Notes: generated from the letters alone by a model not told the origin. Shown: positions 27,141-38,464, counted from the stretch's first letter. The stretch: 64,000 nt of DNA from an uncultured Caulobacter sp. (GCF_947036865.1 NZ_CAMQSF010000018.1:976-64975), one strand, 5' to 3'. Numbers and translations: made by a program.

Positions 27141-28094
27141 CTATAGCCCCGCGTCTTCCTTCAGCCCCAGCGCGATGTTCAGATTCTGCACCGCCGCGCC
27201 CGAGGCGCCCTTGCCCAGATTGTCGAGCACCGCGACCAGGCGCGCCTGACCGCTGGCGTCCGAGCCGAACACGAACAGCTTCAGGCGGTTGGTGCCGTTC
27301 AGGCCTTCGGGATCCAGGGTCGTCAGGTTCTTGGCCTCGTCCAGCGACGCGACCTCGACGAAGGCCTCGCCCTTGTAGTGCTTCTCCAGGGCCTCGTGCA
27401 GCTCGCCCAGAGAGGCCGCGCCGTTCAGGGTCGAAAAATGCAGCGGCAGCTCGACGATCATGCCCTGGCGGTAGCGCCCCACCGCCGGCGTGAAGATCGG
27501 CCGGGTCAGGAGGCCGCCGTGCCTCTGCATCTCGGGCACGTGCTTGTGGCCCAGCGACAGGCCGTAGATCCGGTACGGAACGGTGGTGAAGTTGGCGGCG
27601 CCCTCGTCCTCGAACTCGGCGATCATCGCCTTGCCGCCGCCGCTGTAGCCGGAGACGGCGTTGTACGAGACCGGCAGTTCCGGCGGCAGGATGCCGGCGC
27701 TGACCAGCGGGCGGGTGAGCGCGATCGCGCCGGTCGGATAGCAGCCCGGATTGGAGATCCGCTTGGACTTGGCGATCTTGCCGCGCTGGTCCTTGTCCAG
27801 CTCCGGAAAGCCATAGGCCCAGCCCTCGGCGGTGCGGTAGGCGGTGGAGGCGTCGATGATCACCGTGTTCGGGTTGGTGACCAGCGACACGGCCTCCTTG
27901 GCCGCGTCGTCGGGCAGGCACAGGATCACCGCGTCGGCGCCGTTCAGCATCTCGGCCCGCGCCTCGGCGTCCTTGCGCTTGTCGGGATCGATCGAGACCA
28001 GCTGGAGGTCCTCGCGGGCCAGCAGGCGCTCGCGGATCTGCAGGCCGGTGGTGCCGGCTTCGCCGTCGATGAAGACCTTGGGGGCGCTCGCCAT
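27141..28094 (-). CDS. argC: N-acetyl-gamma-glutamyl-phosphate reductase
   Basis: [31 protein letters not shown] (active-site Cys). The 317-aa short form is typical of alphaproteobacteria. Confidence 0.9.
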   Translation of the reverse strand: MASAPKVFIDGEAGTTGLQIRERLLAREDLQLVSIDPDKRKDAEARAEMLNGADAVILCLPDDAAKEAVSLVTNPNTVIIDASTAYRTAEGWAYGFPELDKDQRGKIAKSKRISNPGCYPTGAIALTRPLVSAGILPPELPVSYNAVSGYSGGGKAMIAEFEDEGAANFTTVPYRIYGLSLGHKHVPEMQRHGGLLTRPIFTPAVGRYRQGMIVELPLHFSTLNGAASLGELHEALEKHYKGEAFVEVASLDEAKNLTTLDPEGLNGTNRLKLFVFGSDASGQARLVAVLDNLGKGASGAAVQNLNIALGLKEDAGL

Positions 28095-28145
28095 GGCGGA
28101 CTCCGTGCTGACCGGAGGTCAGGTGACCAGAAAACAGAGACAGAA

Positions 28146-28183
28146 ATGAAAAAGGGCGCTTCGGCCGAACCGAAGCGCCCTTT
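28146..28183 (-). terminator. Intrinsic terminator after rpsI (14-bp perfect stem plus U-tract on minus strand)
   Basis: aaagggcgcttcgg (28151-28164) / ccgaagcgcccttt (28170-28183). The minus strand continues with a T run (complement of aaaaa 28146-28150). Confidence 0.6.
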
Positions 28184-28204
28184 CCAAACGCGTGCGAACC
28201 GCGC

Positions 28205-28678
28205 TTAGCGCTTCGAGAACTGGAAGCTGCGGCGGGCCTTGGCCTTGCCGTACTTCTTACGCTCGACGACGCGGCTGTCGCGGGTCAGGAAGCCGTGCGG
28301 CTTCAGGACCGGGCGCAGGCCGGGTTCGTAGTGGGTCAGGGCCTTCGACAGGCCGTGACGGATGGCGCCGGCTTGGCCCGACAGGCCCGAGCCTTCCACC
28401 GTGACGGTGACGTCGAATTGACCCAGGCGGTCGGTCACTTCCAGCGGCTGGGCGATCATCATGCGCAGCACCGGACGGGCGAAGTAGATCGCCTGGTCGC
28501 GGCCGTTAATGGTGATCTGGCCCTTGCCCGGCTTGATCCAGACGCGAGCGATCGCGTTCTTGCGCTTGCCGGTCGCGTAGGCGCGGCCCTGGGCGTCGAT
28601 CTTCGGTTCGGCCGGGGCGGCCGCTTCCGGGTTGCTGGACAGGCCGGCCAGCGCGTCAAAGCCTTGAGCGTCGGTCAT
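28205..28678 (-). CDS. rpsI: 30S ribosomal protein S9
   Basis: [33 protein letters not shown]. Confidence 0.95.
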   Translation of the reverse strand: MTDAQGFDALAGLSSNPEAAAPAEPKIDAQGRAYATGKRKNAIARVWIKPGKGQITINGRDQAIYFARPVLRMMIAQPLEVTDRLGQFDVTVTVEGSGLSGQAGAIRHGLSKALTHYEPGLRPVLKPHGFLTRDSRVVERKKYGKAKARRSFQFSKR

Positions 28679-28681
28679 AGC

Positions 28682-29155
28682 TTACAGGCTCCGGATGTTC
28701 TTGGCGTTGCGGCCCGCGAAGTCGACGACTTCGGGGTTCTGCGCTTGGTGCGGGTGCTCGCCGTTGTTGTAGATGAGCAGGTGGGTCAGCTGCTTGCGAG
28801 CCAGCGGGCTCTCCTTGGGCAGCATGCGCTCGACGGCCTTTTCCAGGACGCGCTCGGGGAAACGACCGCCCAGCACCTTGCGCGGGGTGGTTTCCTTGAT
28901 GCCGCCCGGGTGACCGGTGTGGCGGTAATAGACCTTGTCGTCCATCTTCTTGCCGGTGAACTTCACCTTGTCGGCGTTGATGACGACGACGAAGTCACCG
29001 CAATCGACGTGCGGGGTGTAGTCGGGACGGTGCTTGCCGCGGAGACGCATGGCGATGAACGTCGCCAGACGGCCGACAACGGCGTTCTCGGCGTCGACCA
29101 CGATCCACTTCTTCTCGACCTCGGCTGGCTTCAAGGAAGCCGTGATCTTCTGCAT
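28682..29155 (-). CDS. rplM: 50S ribosomal protein L13
   Basis: [47 protein letters not shown]. Confidence 0.95.
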   Translation of the reverse strand: MQKITASLKPAEVEKKWIVVDAENAVVGRLATFIAMRLRGKHRPDYTPHVDCGDFVVVINADKVKFTGKKMDDKVYYRHTGHPGGIKETTPRKVLGGRFPERVLEKAVERMLPKESPLARKQLTHLLIYNNGEHPHQAQNPEVVDFAGRNAKNIRSL

Positions 29156-29383
29156 GGGATTGATCCGTAATTTCTAGGCGTCCGAAGCCGAGAAATCCGG
29201 TTTCGTCCGTGTGAGGCGCGGCATGTACGGGAGGGTTCGCGGCCTGTCAACAACGCGACGCGGAAAACTTGTAAATTTCAACGGAAGCAAGGACTTAGGC
29301 GATACGGTAATATAATACCGCTCAATCCTCCGCTCGGAGGACGAAGCGGCCGTCGAACGTGTGTCCGACAGCCGCCCAAGACG

Positions 29384-30874
29384 TCAGCGCGTCTTCGCCG
29401 CCGCCGACCCATCGAAGCCGAAGGCGTGGCGCATGACCTGGAAGATGTAGCTTTCCTCGACCACGCCGCGCAGCAGATAGGCCTGGGGGCCGTCGGCGAA
29501 CACGCCAACGTCCTCGCCCGCGTGGGCCGAGCTCGGCAGGTTGACCACAGAGTCCTGCAGATATTCGGCGTCCTCGGTGTCTTCCTTGGCCGGATCGCGA
29601 CGGGTGTCGGTTCCCTTGGGACCGCCCGGGCCGGTGACGAACATCAGGGTGGTGTAGGCCTTGCCGTCGCCGCCGCGCACCGGGTCGCCCTCGTTGCCGG
29701 CCACGCCCAGGATCGGCGCGTTGCGGGCGGAATAGCCGGAGATCACCAGGCCATGGCTGTGGTCGGCGGTGACGACCACCAGCGTGTCCTTCAGATCGAC
29801 CTTGGCCAGGACGGCGGCGATCGCCTTCGAGAACTCGACGGTCTCGGTCAGGGTGCGCTTGGCGTTGTTCAGGTGGCTGCCCATGTCGATCTTGCCGCCC
29901 TCGACCATCAGGAAATAGCCGTTCGGGTTCCTGGACAGCACGTCGACGGCGGCGGTCGCCATCTCGGCCAGGGTCGGGACGCCCTGCCCCAGCTTGGCGC
30001 GCTCGACCTCGTAGGGCAGATGCTCGGGCGCGAAGAGGCCCAGCACATGACGCGTATCGCTGGGGACGGCCTTCAGCTGATCGACCGTGGTGACGTAGGC
30101 CGAGCCGGCGCCCCGCGCCTTCAGCCATTCGGCGGTCAGGTCGCGCCCGTCGGCGCGCGCGCCCACGTCCTGGCCCTTGGGCAGGAAGCGCGAGCGGCCG
30201 CCGCCCATGATCACGTCCATCCGCAGGGCCTCGGGCGCCTCGATCAGCTGGCGGGCGATGTCCTTGCAGCCGGCCTGCTTGGCCGCGGCCGGCATGTCGG
30301 CGTCGCCTTCCCAGTCGCGATAGGCGGTGTGGGCGTAGGCCCCGGCTGGGGTGGCGTGAGTGACGCGCGTGGTGGTCACCGCGCCGGCGGCCTTGCCGTG
30401 CAGCTTGGCCAGCTCGGCCAGGGTCTGGATCGCGGTTCCCTTCTCGCTCTCGCACCGGCCGCCGATCGCCGCGCCGCTGAGGCCGATGATCTTGTTGCGG
30501 GTCTTCACGCCCGTCATGATCGCCGTGATGCCGGCGGCGCTGTCGGTGACCTGGGTGTCGTGGCTGTAGGTCTTGGAGAGCGCCGCGTAGGGCAGCTTCT
30601 CGAACGACAGCGAATTGGACTCGCCGTCGAGGCCCTTCTGCTGGCCGTCATAGATGCGGGCGGCCGTGACGGTCGAGATGCCCATGCCGTCCCCCAGGAA
30701 CAGGATGACGTTCTTGGCCTTGCCGGTATTCGGAACCACGGCCATCTGCCGGGCCAGGGCCGCTTCGCCGGCCTTGAAATAGGGGTCGGCGGCGCTGACG
30801 GCGGCCGGCGTCTGGGCCGACGCGAGGGCGGGAATGGCGACCAGCGCCAGGGCGAGCGAACGGATCACGGCCAC
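29384..30874 (-). CDS. Alkaline phosphatase (PhoA family), secreted
   Basis: Signal peptide, then NVILFLGDGMGISTVTAARI (the D-G-M-G..S region) and VVTADHSHG metal-site motif. Confidence 0.85.
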   Translation of the reverse strand: MAVIRSLALALVAIPALASAQTPAAVSAADPYFKAGEAALARQMAVVPNTGKAKNVILFLGDGMGISTVTAARIYDGQQKGLDGESNSLSFEKLPYAALSKTYSHDTQVTDSAAGITAIMTGVKTRNKIIGLSGAAIGGRCESEKGTAIQTLAELAKLHGKAAGAVTTTRVTHATPAGAYAHTAYRDWEGDADMPAAAKQAGCKDIARQLIEAPEALRMDVIMGGGRSRFLPKGQDVGARADGRDLTAEWLKARGAGSAYVTTVDQLKAVPSDTRHVLGLFAPEHLPYEVERAKLGQGVPTLAEMATAAVDVLSRNPNGYFLMVEGGKIDMGSHLNNAKRTLTETVEFSKAIAAVLAKVDLKDTLVVVTADHSHGLVISGYSARNAPILGVAGNEGDPVRGGDGKAYTTLMFVTGPGGPKGTDTRRDPAKEDTEDAEYLQDSVVNLPSSAHAGEDVGVFADGPQAYLLRGVVEESYIFQVMRHAFGFDGSAAAKTR

Positions 30875-30962
30875 ACTCCTGATGGGAACGGCCCGGATGT
30901 GCCGTGGGCGTGTGACAGTTGTTTCGGCGCGGGGCCGCGCTTGGTGAACTTTGGGGGCGAAC

Positions 30963-31994
30963 CTAGGGCCGGCGCACCCGCCAGGCGAACACCGTGGCGG
31001 TCGCTAGCAGCACCGCCGCCCCAGCCTGGTGCAGCACGCCCAGCGTGATCGGCACGCGGGCCATCAGGGTCCAGATCCCCAGAGAGGCCTGCAGGGTCAC
31101 CACGATCCCCACCGCCAGCGCGACGGCCTTGGCGCCGGCGGCCAGCGGGCGGTCGCGACGGGCGGCGAACGCGACGGCGAGGCCCGCGACGAACAACGCG
31201 TAGGCCATAAGCCGGTGATGCAGCTGCACCGCGGCCTGGCTGTGCGCCAGGGTCGCCCACAGCCCGTGGCCCGCATAGTCGGCCGGGAAGACATGGCCGT
31301 TCATCAGCGGCCAGTCGTTATAGACCAGGCCCGCGTCATTGCCGGCCACCAGCGCGCCCAGCAGACACTGGAAGAAGACCGCGCCCAGGAAGGCCAGGCT
31401 CCAGCCCCGCCAGGGCGAGCGCTCCTCGGCCCGCGGGGAGCCGCTCCAGGCGTCGAGGCCCGTCCAGATCAGCAAGACGAACAGGGTCAGGGCCAGGCCC
31501 AGGTGGACCATCAGCCGCTCGGGCGCGACCGAGACGCGCTCGGAAAGGCCGCTGGACACCATCCACCAGCCGACCAGCCCTTGCAGACCGCCCAGCCCCA
31601 GCATCGCCGCGCAACGCCAGATCAGGCGACGCGGGATGTCCCGGCGGATCAGGAACACGACGAACGGCAGGGCGAAGGCCGCGCCGACCGTGCGGCCCAG
31701 CAGCCGGTGCGCCCACTCCCACCAGAAGATGCCCTTGAACCCCTCGAGCGTCATGTCGGGATTCACCAGCTGGTACTGGGGGATCTTCTTGTAGAGCTCG
31801 AAGCTTTCGCGCCAGGCCTGGTCCGACATCGGCGGCAGCGCGCCCATGATCGGCTTCCACTGGGTGATCGAAAGCCCGGAGCCCGTCAGGCGGGTGGCCC
31901 CGCCGACGACGACCATGGCGAACACCATGGCGGCCACGATGAACAGCCAGACGGCCACGGGGCGGGAGCGGTCGGAGCGCAGGAAAGACGTCAT
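30963..31994 (-). CDS. ctaA: Heme A synthase (COX15/CtaA family)
   Basis: Polytopic membrane protein. [31 protein letters not shown] is typical of COX15. Confidence 0.85.
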   Translation of the reverse strand: MTSFLRSDRSRPVAVWLFIVAAMVFAMVVVGGATRLTGSGLSITQWKPIMGALPPMSDQAWRESFELYKKIPQYQLVNPDMTLEGFKGIFWWEWAHRLLGRTVGAAFALPFVVFLIRRDIPRRLIWRCAAMLGLGGLQGLVGWWMVSSGLSERVSVAPERLMVHLGLALTLFVLLIWTGLDAWSGSPRAEERSPWRGWSLAFLGAVFFQCLLGALVAGNDAGLVYNDWPLMNGHVFPADYAGHGLWATLAHSQAAVQLHHRLMAYALFVAGLAVAFAARRDRPLAAGAKAVALAVGIVVTLQASLGIWTLMARVPITLGVLHQAGAAVLLATATVFAWRVRRP

Positions 31995-32142
31995 GAGGTC
32001 GGAAAAGCGTCACTTCTGGGCCGAAATGCGGCGCGTCTTCCCTACGCCCGACCTGGCGCCGCTTCAACGGCCTGATCGCTCAGCATGACTGCGTAGTCGG
32101 ATCGTGCGAGAAGCTGGGATCTCGAGGCGGGCGGAGGCGACG

Positions 32143-32394
32143 ATGAGCGGCATGGGCGTGTTCGCGGCGGCGGTGATCGGCATTCTGGCCGGCTGGATCG
32201 CCGACCTCGTGCTGGCGCGCCGGCATTCGCTGTTCATCAAGCTCTTGATCGGCGTGATCGGCTCGTTCATCGGAGCGTTCATCGCCTCGCGCATCGATCT
32301 GCATCTCGCCGGCTTCCTCGGCGAACTGATCGTCTCCAGCGTGGGCGCGATCCTGTTCCTGGCCGTGCTCGGCCTCATCCGGAGACCCGCTTGA
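32143..32394 (+). CDS. GlsB/YeaQ/YmgE-family (transglycosylase-associated) small membrane protein
   Basis: MSGMGVFAAAVIGILAGWIADLVL..IGVIGSFIGAFIA. ATG at 32143 is preceded by GGAGG. The track ORF begins at a GTG at 32104. Confidence 0.75.
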   Translation: MSGMGVFAAAVIGILAGWIADLVLARRHSLFIKLLIGVIGSFIGAFIASRIDLHLAGFLGELIVSSVGAILFLAVLGLIRRPA

Positions 32395-32627
32395 GCGCTC
32401 CTCTCATTCCGGCCCGCCCGCGCAAGCTGATCGGCTCGCTGGGCGTGATCGCCATCCTGTTCGTCTGGATCTGGGCCTTCACCAGCCTCTACGACCGCCT
32501 GCCTCAGAACCGGCTTCTGCACCTCGCCTACTTCGTGGTGCTGGGCGTGGGCTGGGTGCTGCCGGTCATTCCGCTGATCTCGTGGATGGGCAAGGCGGAC
32601 AAGCCGCTGGACGTCGGCCAGAAATAG
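32391..32627 (+). CDS. DUF2842 domain-containing small membrane protein
   Basis: 78 aa, two TM segments, pattern RKLIGSLGVIAILFVWIWAF..VLGVGWVLP. The TTG start overlaps the upstream stop (TTGA). Confidence 0.7.
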   Translation: MSAPLIPARPRKLIGSLGVIAILFVWIWAFTSLYDRLPQNRLLHLAYFVVLGVGWVLPVIPLISWMGKADKPLDVGQK

Positions 32628-32646
32628 ACGCGCCGAAAATGAAAAA

Positions 32647-32670
32647 GGCCACCCCGAGGGGCGGCCTTTC
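32647..32670 (+). terminator. Stem-loop plus T-run after DUF2842 gene
   Basis: ggccacccc / ggggcggcc (one mismatch) followed by tttcgactt. Confidence 0.4.
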
Positions 32671-32683
32671 GACTTCCGCGAAA

Positions 32684-32760
<77 letters not shown>

Positions 32761-32823
32761 ACGCGGAAGGAGCGCCCTTATAGGCGCCGGTCCCCCCGAG
32801 GGCAACAGCGATTTCGGACGAAA

Positions 32824-33252
32824 TCAGCCCTGCTCCAGAAGACGGTCCAGACGCGACTTCACGGCGGTCAGATCGGTCAGGGCGAAGGCCAGGCGGGCGC
32901 GGGTTTCGCCGTCCAGCCGGGCCGGCGGCCGCGTCGGCGCGGCGTAGTCGGCGTCGGGATCCAGATTGGCCGCGCCGTTCGCGCCGAGGCCGGCGGCGAT
33001 CACCTGGGCCAGGCCGTGATCGCGATGCAGCTTCTGCACGCCCTTGATGGTCAGGCCCTCGCTGTGCAGCAGCGTGCGGACGCCGTTCAGCACCGCGACG
33101 TCCTGCGGCCGGTAGAAGCGTCGCCCGCCAGCCCGTTTCATCGGGCGAATGAACGAGAACTTGGTTTCCCAGAAACGCAGGACGTGCTGCGGCACGCCCA
33201 GCTCCTCGGCGGCTTCGGAGATCGTGCGGAAGGCGTTCGGCCCCTTCGCCAC
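32824..33252 (-). CDS. MerR-family transcriptional regulator
   Basis: [45 protein letters not shown]. The conserved partner gene ihfA is adjacent. Confidence 0.85.
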   Translation of the reverse strand: MAKGPNAFRTISEAAEELGVPQHVLRFWETKFSFIRPMKRAGGRRFYRPQDVAVLNGVRTLLHSEGLTIKGVQKLHRDHGLAQVIAAGLGANGAANLDPDADYAAPTRPPARLDGETRARLAFALTDLTAVKSRLDRLLEQG

Positions 33253-33263
33253 CGCGTCAATCC

Positions 33264-33566
33264 CTAGTCGCCGAGCGCGCGGTCGATTCGCGCCTTCATC
33301 ACCTGGGAGGCCCGGAAGCCGATCACCCGGCGCGGCTCGATCTCGGCCGGTTCGCCGGTCTTAGGATTGCGGCCCATCCGGGCCCGCTTGGCGCGCACCT
33401 GAAAGACGCCGAAGCCGGAAAGCTTGACCGTTTCGCCCTGCTCCAGGGCCTCGGCCACGAGATCCAGGGTGCGTTCGACCAGTCCGGCGCAGTCCTGACG
33501 GGTGAGTCCGACCTCTTCATGGACCGCCTCGCACAGGTCGGCCCGGGTCAAAGTAGCGCCCTTCAT
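33264..33566 (-). CDS. ihfA: Integration host factor subunit alpha
   Basis: [45 protein letters not shown]. Confidence 0.9.
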   Translation of the reverse strand: MKGATLTRADLCEAVHEEVGLTRQDCAGLVERTLDLVAEALEQGETVKLSGFGVFQVRAKRARMGRNPKTGEPAEIEPRRVIGFRASQVMKARIDRALGD

Positions 33567-33733
33567 GCAACCCCCTTCACGCGTATCCCGGCGGAGAACC
33601 CCGGTCCGCGACGGCCGCCCTCAGGCCTTCGCGCCAATATCCGCCGATGCCCTCATGCCGCGATTATCGCATGAAGTCAAAGACTCAAGGTCAGGAGTTC
33701 ATCTCCCGCGAAAGGAAGGGGCAAGCTGGGCCG

Positions 33734-34711
33734 TCAAAGACGAACGACGCAGGCGCCCCAGGTCAGCCCGCCGCCCATCGCCTCGAGCAGCAGCAGGTCG
33801 CCCTTCTTGATCCGGCCGTCCTTGATCGCGTGCGCCAGCGCCAGAGGGATCGAGGCGGCCGAGGTGTTGGCGTGGATGGCGACGGTGGAGATCACCTTCT
33901 CCTCGTCGATGCCGCAGCGATGGGCCACGCCCTGCAGAATGCGCTGATTGGCCTGGTGCGGGATGAACCAGTCGACCTCGGCCACCGCCACGCCGGCCGC
34001 CTGGGCCGCGGCGTGGATCGCCTCGGAAATATTGACGACGGCGTGCTTGAAGACCTGGTTGCCCAGCATCCGCAGCTTGCCGACCGTCCCGGTCGTCGAC
34101 ACCCCGCCGTCGACATAGAGCAGATCCTGCTTGGTCCCATCGGCGCGCAGCGCAAAACCCAGCACGCCCGGGTCGGCCGTGGTCCCCTCGCCCGCCTTCG
34201 GCTCCAGCACGACCGCGCCGGCGCCGTCGCCGAACAGCACGCAGGTGCCGCGGTCGCTCCAGTCCATCAGACGGGTCATGGTCTCGGCGCCGATCACCAG
34301 CGCGCACTTGGCGTGCCCGCGCGCCACGAAGCCGTCGGCGACGCTGAGCGCGTAGACGAAGCCCGAGCACACCGCCTGGACGTCGAAGGCGATGCCGACC
34401 GGAGCCCCCAGCTTGCGCTGGACGATGGTCGCGGCGGCGGGGAAGGTCAGGTCGGCCGTGGTGGTGGCGACGATGATCAGGTCGACCTCGGCGGCGGTCT
34501 TGCCCGCGTTGGCCAAGGCCTCGCGAGCGGCCTCGACGGCCAGGTCCGAGACCGGCTGGTCGTCGGCGGCCTGGTGCCGCTGACGGATGCCGGTTCGCTC
34601 GACGATCCATTCGTCGCTGGTGTCGACGAACTTGGCCAGGTCGTCATTGGTCACGACCTTCGGCGGCAGGTACGCGCCGACGCCGGTCACTACGCTACGG
34701 ACTAAGCTCAC
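33734..34711 (-). CDS. fabH: 3-oxoacyl-ACP synthase III
   Basis: [37 protein letters not shown], active-site region AVCSGF, C-terminal GGGLTWG. Confidence 0.9.
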   Translation of the reverse strand: MSLVRSVVTGVGAYLPPKVVTNDDLAKFVDTSDEWIVERTGIRQRHQAADDQPVSDLAVEAAREALANAGKTAAEVDLIIVATTTADLTFPAAATIVQRKLGAPVGIAFDVQAVCSGFVYALSVADGFVARGHAKCALVIGAETMTRLMDWSDRGTCVLFGDGAGAVVLEPKAGEGTTADPGVLGFALRADGTKQDLLYVDGGVSTTGTVGKLRMLGNQVFKHAVVNISEAIHAAAQAAGVAVAEVDWFIPHQANQRILQGVAHRCGIDEEKVISTVAIHANTSAASIPLALAHAIKDGRIKKGDLLLLEAMGGGLTWGACVVRL

Positions 34712-35778
34712 TCGGCCGCTCCTTGGTCCTGCCCCGACGCCGGGGCTTCGTCCTTGGCCGCGGCGGCGGTCAGGCGCTGCAAGTTTCTATCGATCTGGGC
34801 CCGGAAATCGCTGCGCGCGAGGTTGACGGCGACCCGCAGGGCCGACTCGAAGCCGTTGGCGTCCGCGCCCCCGTGGCTCTTGACCACGATTCCATTCAGG
34901 CCCAGCAGCGGCGCGCCGTTGACCCGGCTCGGGTCCAGCCGCTTGCGCATCTTGGAGAGCGCGCCCGAGGCGATCAGCGCGCCCAGCATGGCCAGCGGCC
35001 CCGAGGTCAGGGTGCTCTTGATCTCGCTTGAGAAGAACCGCGCCATGCCCTCGGCGGTCTTCAGGGCGACATTGCCGGTGAAGCCGTCGGTGACGACCAC
35101 GTCGACCGTGCCGTAGGCGATGTCGCTGCCCTCGACAAAGCCGTGATAGTCGAAGTCCAGCTTGGCCTCGCGCAGGATCGCGTGGGCCTCGCGGACCTCC
35201 TCGTGGCCCTTCTCGTCCTCGGAGCCGACGTTCAGCAGCCCCACGGTCGGGCGCTTGGCGCCGTGCATGGCGTGGTGGAAAGCCGCGCCCATGATCGCGA
35301 ACTCGATCAGTTGGTCGGCGTCGCTCTGGACATTGGCCCCGACGTCCAGGACCGTGGTCACGCCCTTCATGTTCGGCCAGTTGGCGACGATGGCCGGACG
35401 CTCCAGGTCCGCGCCCATGCGCAGAATCAGCTTGGAGATCGCCATCAGCGCGCCGGTGTTGCCGGCCGAGACGCAGGCGTGGGCCTCGTTGGCGCGCAAG
35501 GCCTCGATGGCGTTCCACATCGACGAGCCCTTGCCCCGGCGCATGGCTTGGGCGGGCTTCTCGTCCATGCCGATGGCCTTGTCGCAGTGGCGAACCTCGC
35601 TGACCGCGCGCGCCTTGGGATGCTTGGCCAGCTCCGCTTCGATCGCCGCGGCGTCGCCGTGAAGGAGGAAGCGCACGCCGGGCAGGCTCTGGGCCGCCTG
35701 GGCGATCCCGGGCGCCACGATGGAGGGACCATGATCGCCGCCCATGGCGTCGACCGAGATGACGACTGATTGAGACAC
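34708..35778 (-). CDS. plsX: Phosphate acyltransferase PlsX
   Basis: [38 protein letters not shown] start. 4-nt overlap with fabH. Confidence 0.9.
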   Translation of the reverse strand: MSQSVVISVDAMGGDHGPSIVAPGIAQAAQSLPGVRFLLHGDAAAIEAELAKHPKARAVSEVRHCDKAIGMDEKPAQAMRRGKGSSMWNAIEALRANEAHACVSAGNTGALMAISKLILRMGADLERPAIVANWPNMKGVTTVLDVGANVQSDADQLIEFAIMGAAFHHAMHGAKRPTVGLLNVGSEDEKGHEEVREAHAILREAKLDFDYHGFVEGSDIAYGTVDVVVTDGFTGNVALKTAEGMARFFSSEIKSTLTSGPLAMLGALIASGALSKMRKRLDPSRVNGAPLLGLNGIVVKSHGGADANGFESALRVAVNLARSDFRAQIDRNLQRLTAAAAKDEAPASGQDQGAAE

Positions 35779-35953
35779 TTGGCGCTGTGAGCTCCGGCAG
35801 GCGGTCCGGCCGCCCTCAAGGCGGCGGACGATACATCCGCGTGAATATCACGCAAGCGGTCGAGTCGGGCGTCGGGTCCGCCTTATGGACCCGATCTCTT
35901 GGACGGGAGCGTAACGGAAGCCGAAAGCGCCCGCGCGTTCGGCCGTCACGCTC

Positions 35954-36493
35954 CTAGCCCTCGTCGCCCCTCGGTTTCAGGCTCTTGAGCGCCGCGAACG
36001 GGGAAAGCTCCACCGGCTCGGGCGGCTGGACGAACACCGCGCCCGGCTTGCGCGGGAAGGGATCCAACTCCAAGGCCAGATGCTCGACGACGTAGCCCGA
36101 GACGTCGATCGTCTCGCCCTCCAGCACGTCCGGCGGATCATCGCCGTCGGGATCGATGCCGAGATCGCCGAACTCCTCGCGCGGCGCGTTCTCGCTGTTG
36201 GCCGGCAGGACCCGGAGCTCGAAGCGGGCGTCGATCGGGGTTTCGAAGTCGTCGGCCGTGGCGCTGCACGTCTGGACCACACGCGCCCGCAGCACGCCGG
36301 ACACGGTGGCCCCGTCCAGCCACGAGGTCAGGAACACCTCGGCGTCCAACGCCTCGAGGCTGACGAGGCCCAATTGCTTGGCGATCGCCTTGCGCTGGTC
36401 GGCGCTCGGCTCCAGGCGCAGCTTCACCGCGCCCCGGTCCACTTGCGCCAGAGAGATCTCGCACGGCCAGCCGGCGGTCACGGGTTCGGCCAT
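35954..36493 (-). CDS. DUF177 (YceD-like) protein
   Basis: VQTCSATADDFETPIDARFELRVLP..EHLALELDPFPRKPG, in the conserved position upstream of plsX. Confidence 0.8.
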   Translation of the reverse strand: MAEPVTAGWPCEISLAQVDRGAVKLRLEPSADQRKAIAKQLGLVSLEALDAEVFLTSWLDGATVSGVLRARVVQTCSATADDFETPIDARFELRVLPANSENAPREEFGDLGIDPDGDDPPDVLEGETIDVSGYVVEHLALELDPFPRKPGAVFVQPPEPVELSPFAALKSLKPRGDEG

Positions 36494-37008
36494 GTCACGT
36501 CTCCTTGCAGCACGGCGTCCAGCGGCCGCGCCGCCAGCGCCTCGCGCGTCTTGATCAGATAGGCGCTCAGGGCGGCGACGTCGCCCTCGCCGCGCTCCTC
36601 GAACGCGGTGCGGGCCAGGAAGTCCCGAACCGCCGTCTCGTCGGGCAAGCTGGCGACGGCCTCGTCATAGGCCTTCAGCCGTCCATAGAAGGCGCCGGCC
36701 AGCTTCTTCATCTTCTTGCCGACCGAGGTGTCCGCCACGCCGATCTCGCGGAAGGCGTCGTCCAGGCCCTTCACATAGGCGTCGAACACGGCCTGCGACG
36801 TCTCGGCCGCCAAGTCGCCCTGCCCCTTCAACCGCTCGATCAGCAATATGACGTGCAGGCTGAAAAGCTCGAACCGCCCCTCCATCGAGTCGCGGACGCC
36901 GAAATCCCGGTAAAAGACCGGCGAACGCGCCTGGGCCACGGCTCCGGCGTAGAGCTTGGCTCCCGCGGCCTTGGCGGGTCTGGGCTTGAGCAACCTGTCC
37001 AGAAACAT
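36478..37008 (-). CDS. Ubiquinol-cytochrome c chaperone family protein
   Basis: LYAGAVAQARSPVFYRDFGVRDSMEGRFELFSLHVILL..FREIGVADTSVGKKMKKL. Confidence 0.8.
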   Translation of the reverse strand: MFLDRLLKPRPAKAAGAKLYAGAVAQARSPVFYRDFGVRDSMEGRFELFSLHVILLIERLKGQGDLAAETSQAVFDAYVKGLDDAFREIGVADTSVGKKMKKLAGAFYGRLKAYDEAVASLPDETAVRDFLARTAFEERGEGDVAALSAYLIKTREALAARPLDAVLQGDVTWPNP

Positions 37009-37128
37009 GAAACGCCTCGATTTCGCCGCGACATCCCGCTAGACGCGGGGTCCGCTTTCACGCGGGCATTGAACTAAGCTCCCGCGGGCGATAGGTCAAA
37101 GTCTGCATTTTTCCGGTTCGGAGCCTCG

Positions 37129-37614
37129 ATGTCTCGCCCCGCCGTCTTCGCCGCCGCTCTTCTCGGCCTGGCGATCGCCACCTCGGCCTGTACGCCGCTG
37201 ACCAGCTATTCCGGCTTCCAGGCCATCGAGGCCAAGCCGGCCGACATGAAGGTGGGCCAGGACAGCAAGTCGACGCTGATGGAGAAGCTGGGCTCGCCGT
37301 CGGCGGTGTCGACCTTCGACAACAACACCTGGTACTACATCTCGCAGACGACCGACCGCGTGGCCTTCTATCTGCCCCGGGTGATCAAGCGCGACGTGGT
37401 GGCGATCAAGTTCAACCCGGCCGACGAAAAGGTCGCCTCGGTGAACACCTACACGCTGAAGGACGGCAAGGTGATCGCCTATAACGGCCGCGAGACCCCG
37501 ACCCGCGGTCGCGAGATGACCATTCTCGAACAGCTGCTCGGCAACGTCGGTCGCGGCGGCGTGCTGCCGCAAGACGACGAGGCCCCGGGCCAACGTCCGG
37601 GCGATCGCCGCTAG
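37129..37614 (+). CDS. bamE: Outer membrane protein assembly factor BamE
   Basis: Lipoprotein signal LLGLAIATSAC followed by an SmpA/OmlA domain (VGQDSKSTLMEKLGSPS..DNNTWYY). Confidence 0.85.
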   Translation: MSRPAVFAAALLGLAIATSACTPLTSYSGFQAIEAKPADMKVGQDSKSTLMEKLGSPSAVSTFDNNTWYYISQTTDRVAFYLPRVIKRDVVAIKFNPADEKVASVNTYTLKDGKVIAYNGRETPTRGREMTILEQLLGNVGRGGVLPQDDEAPGQRPGDRR

Positions 37615-37640
37615 TCTTCGTCGACTATCCGACGCTTTCG

Positions 37641-37682
37641 AAGAGCCGCCCGTCGTGAAGATGGGCGGCTCTTTCGCGTTTC
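37641..37682 (+). terminator. Intrinsic terminator after bamE
   Basis: agagccgccc / gggcggctct 10-bp stem, 11-nt loop, followed by ttcgcgtttcg. Confidence 0.6.
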
Positions 37683-37876
37683 GAATGCGGCCTCAGCTGA
37701 AGACATGGCGGACATCCCGCGATGGTTGCGGCGCTCTACTTTTAGCCGTCCGATTTTACTGAAGCGCGCCAAGTATCGAAGCTTGGCCGCAAGACTTCTT
37801 AAACTCGAATTGGGGAAAGCTCCGCGACAAAGCGGCGCACCCGAAAAAGCGAGGACGGGGCCGCGGCGGGAGGCGC

Positions 37877-38422
37877 ATGGTGGAAAGCATGGATCTGCGC
37901 GCTCTGACGATCTTGCTCGTCGACGACAACGCCAACATGCGCAAGGTCGTGGGAGCCATCCTGAAGGCGGCCGGCGTGCGCCACATCCTCGAGGCCGAGG
38001 ACGGCCTGAGCGCGCTGAAGACCGTTCAGGCGCGGGAGGTCGACATCGTCTTCACCGACCTGATGATGCAGCCGGTCGACGGCCTGGCGTTCATCCGCTG
38101 GATTCGCACGTCGCCGGCGAGCCCCAATGTCTTCCTGCCCATCATCATGATGACGGGCCACGCCACGCGGCGCACGCTGAACGAGGCGCGGATGGCCGGC
38201 GTCACCGAGTTCCTGGCCAAGCCGCTGACCGCGCGCGGGGTCATGCACCGCATCAACGAGGTGATCAACAATCCCCGCCCCTTCGTCCGCGCGACGGAAT
38301 ATTTCGGGCCGTGCCGGCGGCGGCGGATCGATCACGACTTCCAGGGCGCCGAGCGACGCGGCGCGGCCCTGCCCGATATCCGCGACGCCCTGACGGAGAT
38401 GGCGCCGGAAGACGTCTACTGA
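37877..38422 (+). CDS. Stand-alone response regulator (receiver domain plus Arg-rich C-terminal tail)
   Basis: ILLVDDNANMRKVV..DIVFTDLMMQPVDGL..IMMTGH..AKPL receiver motifs. GGGAGG lies 5 nt before the ATG. No output domain recognised. Confidence 0.85.
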   Translation: MVESMDLRALTILLVDDNANMRKVVGAILKAAGVRHILEAEDGLSALKTVQAREVDIVFTDLMMQPVDGLAFIRWIRTSPASPNVFLPIIMMTGHATRRTLNEARMAGVTEFLAKPLTARGVMHRINEVINNPRPFVRATEYFGPCRRRRIDHDFQGAERRGAALPDIRDALTEMAPEDVY

Positions 38423-38464
38423 TCCGCTCCAGGGCTCGAAAAGGACGCTTAAACAGCCAAGTAA

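Noticed and set aside
35779-35953. Expected rpmF (L32) gene between the DUF177 gene and plsX
   Set aside because: No suitable small ORF is visible in the 175-nt gap on the minus strand, so rpmF is apparently elsewhere in this genome.
37799-37813. CtrA-box-like TTAA-N7-TTGG upstream of the response regulator gene
   Set aside because: The second half-site has two mismatches to TTAA. That is too weak to call without a genome-wide motif model.
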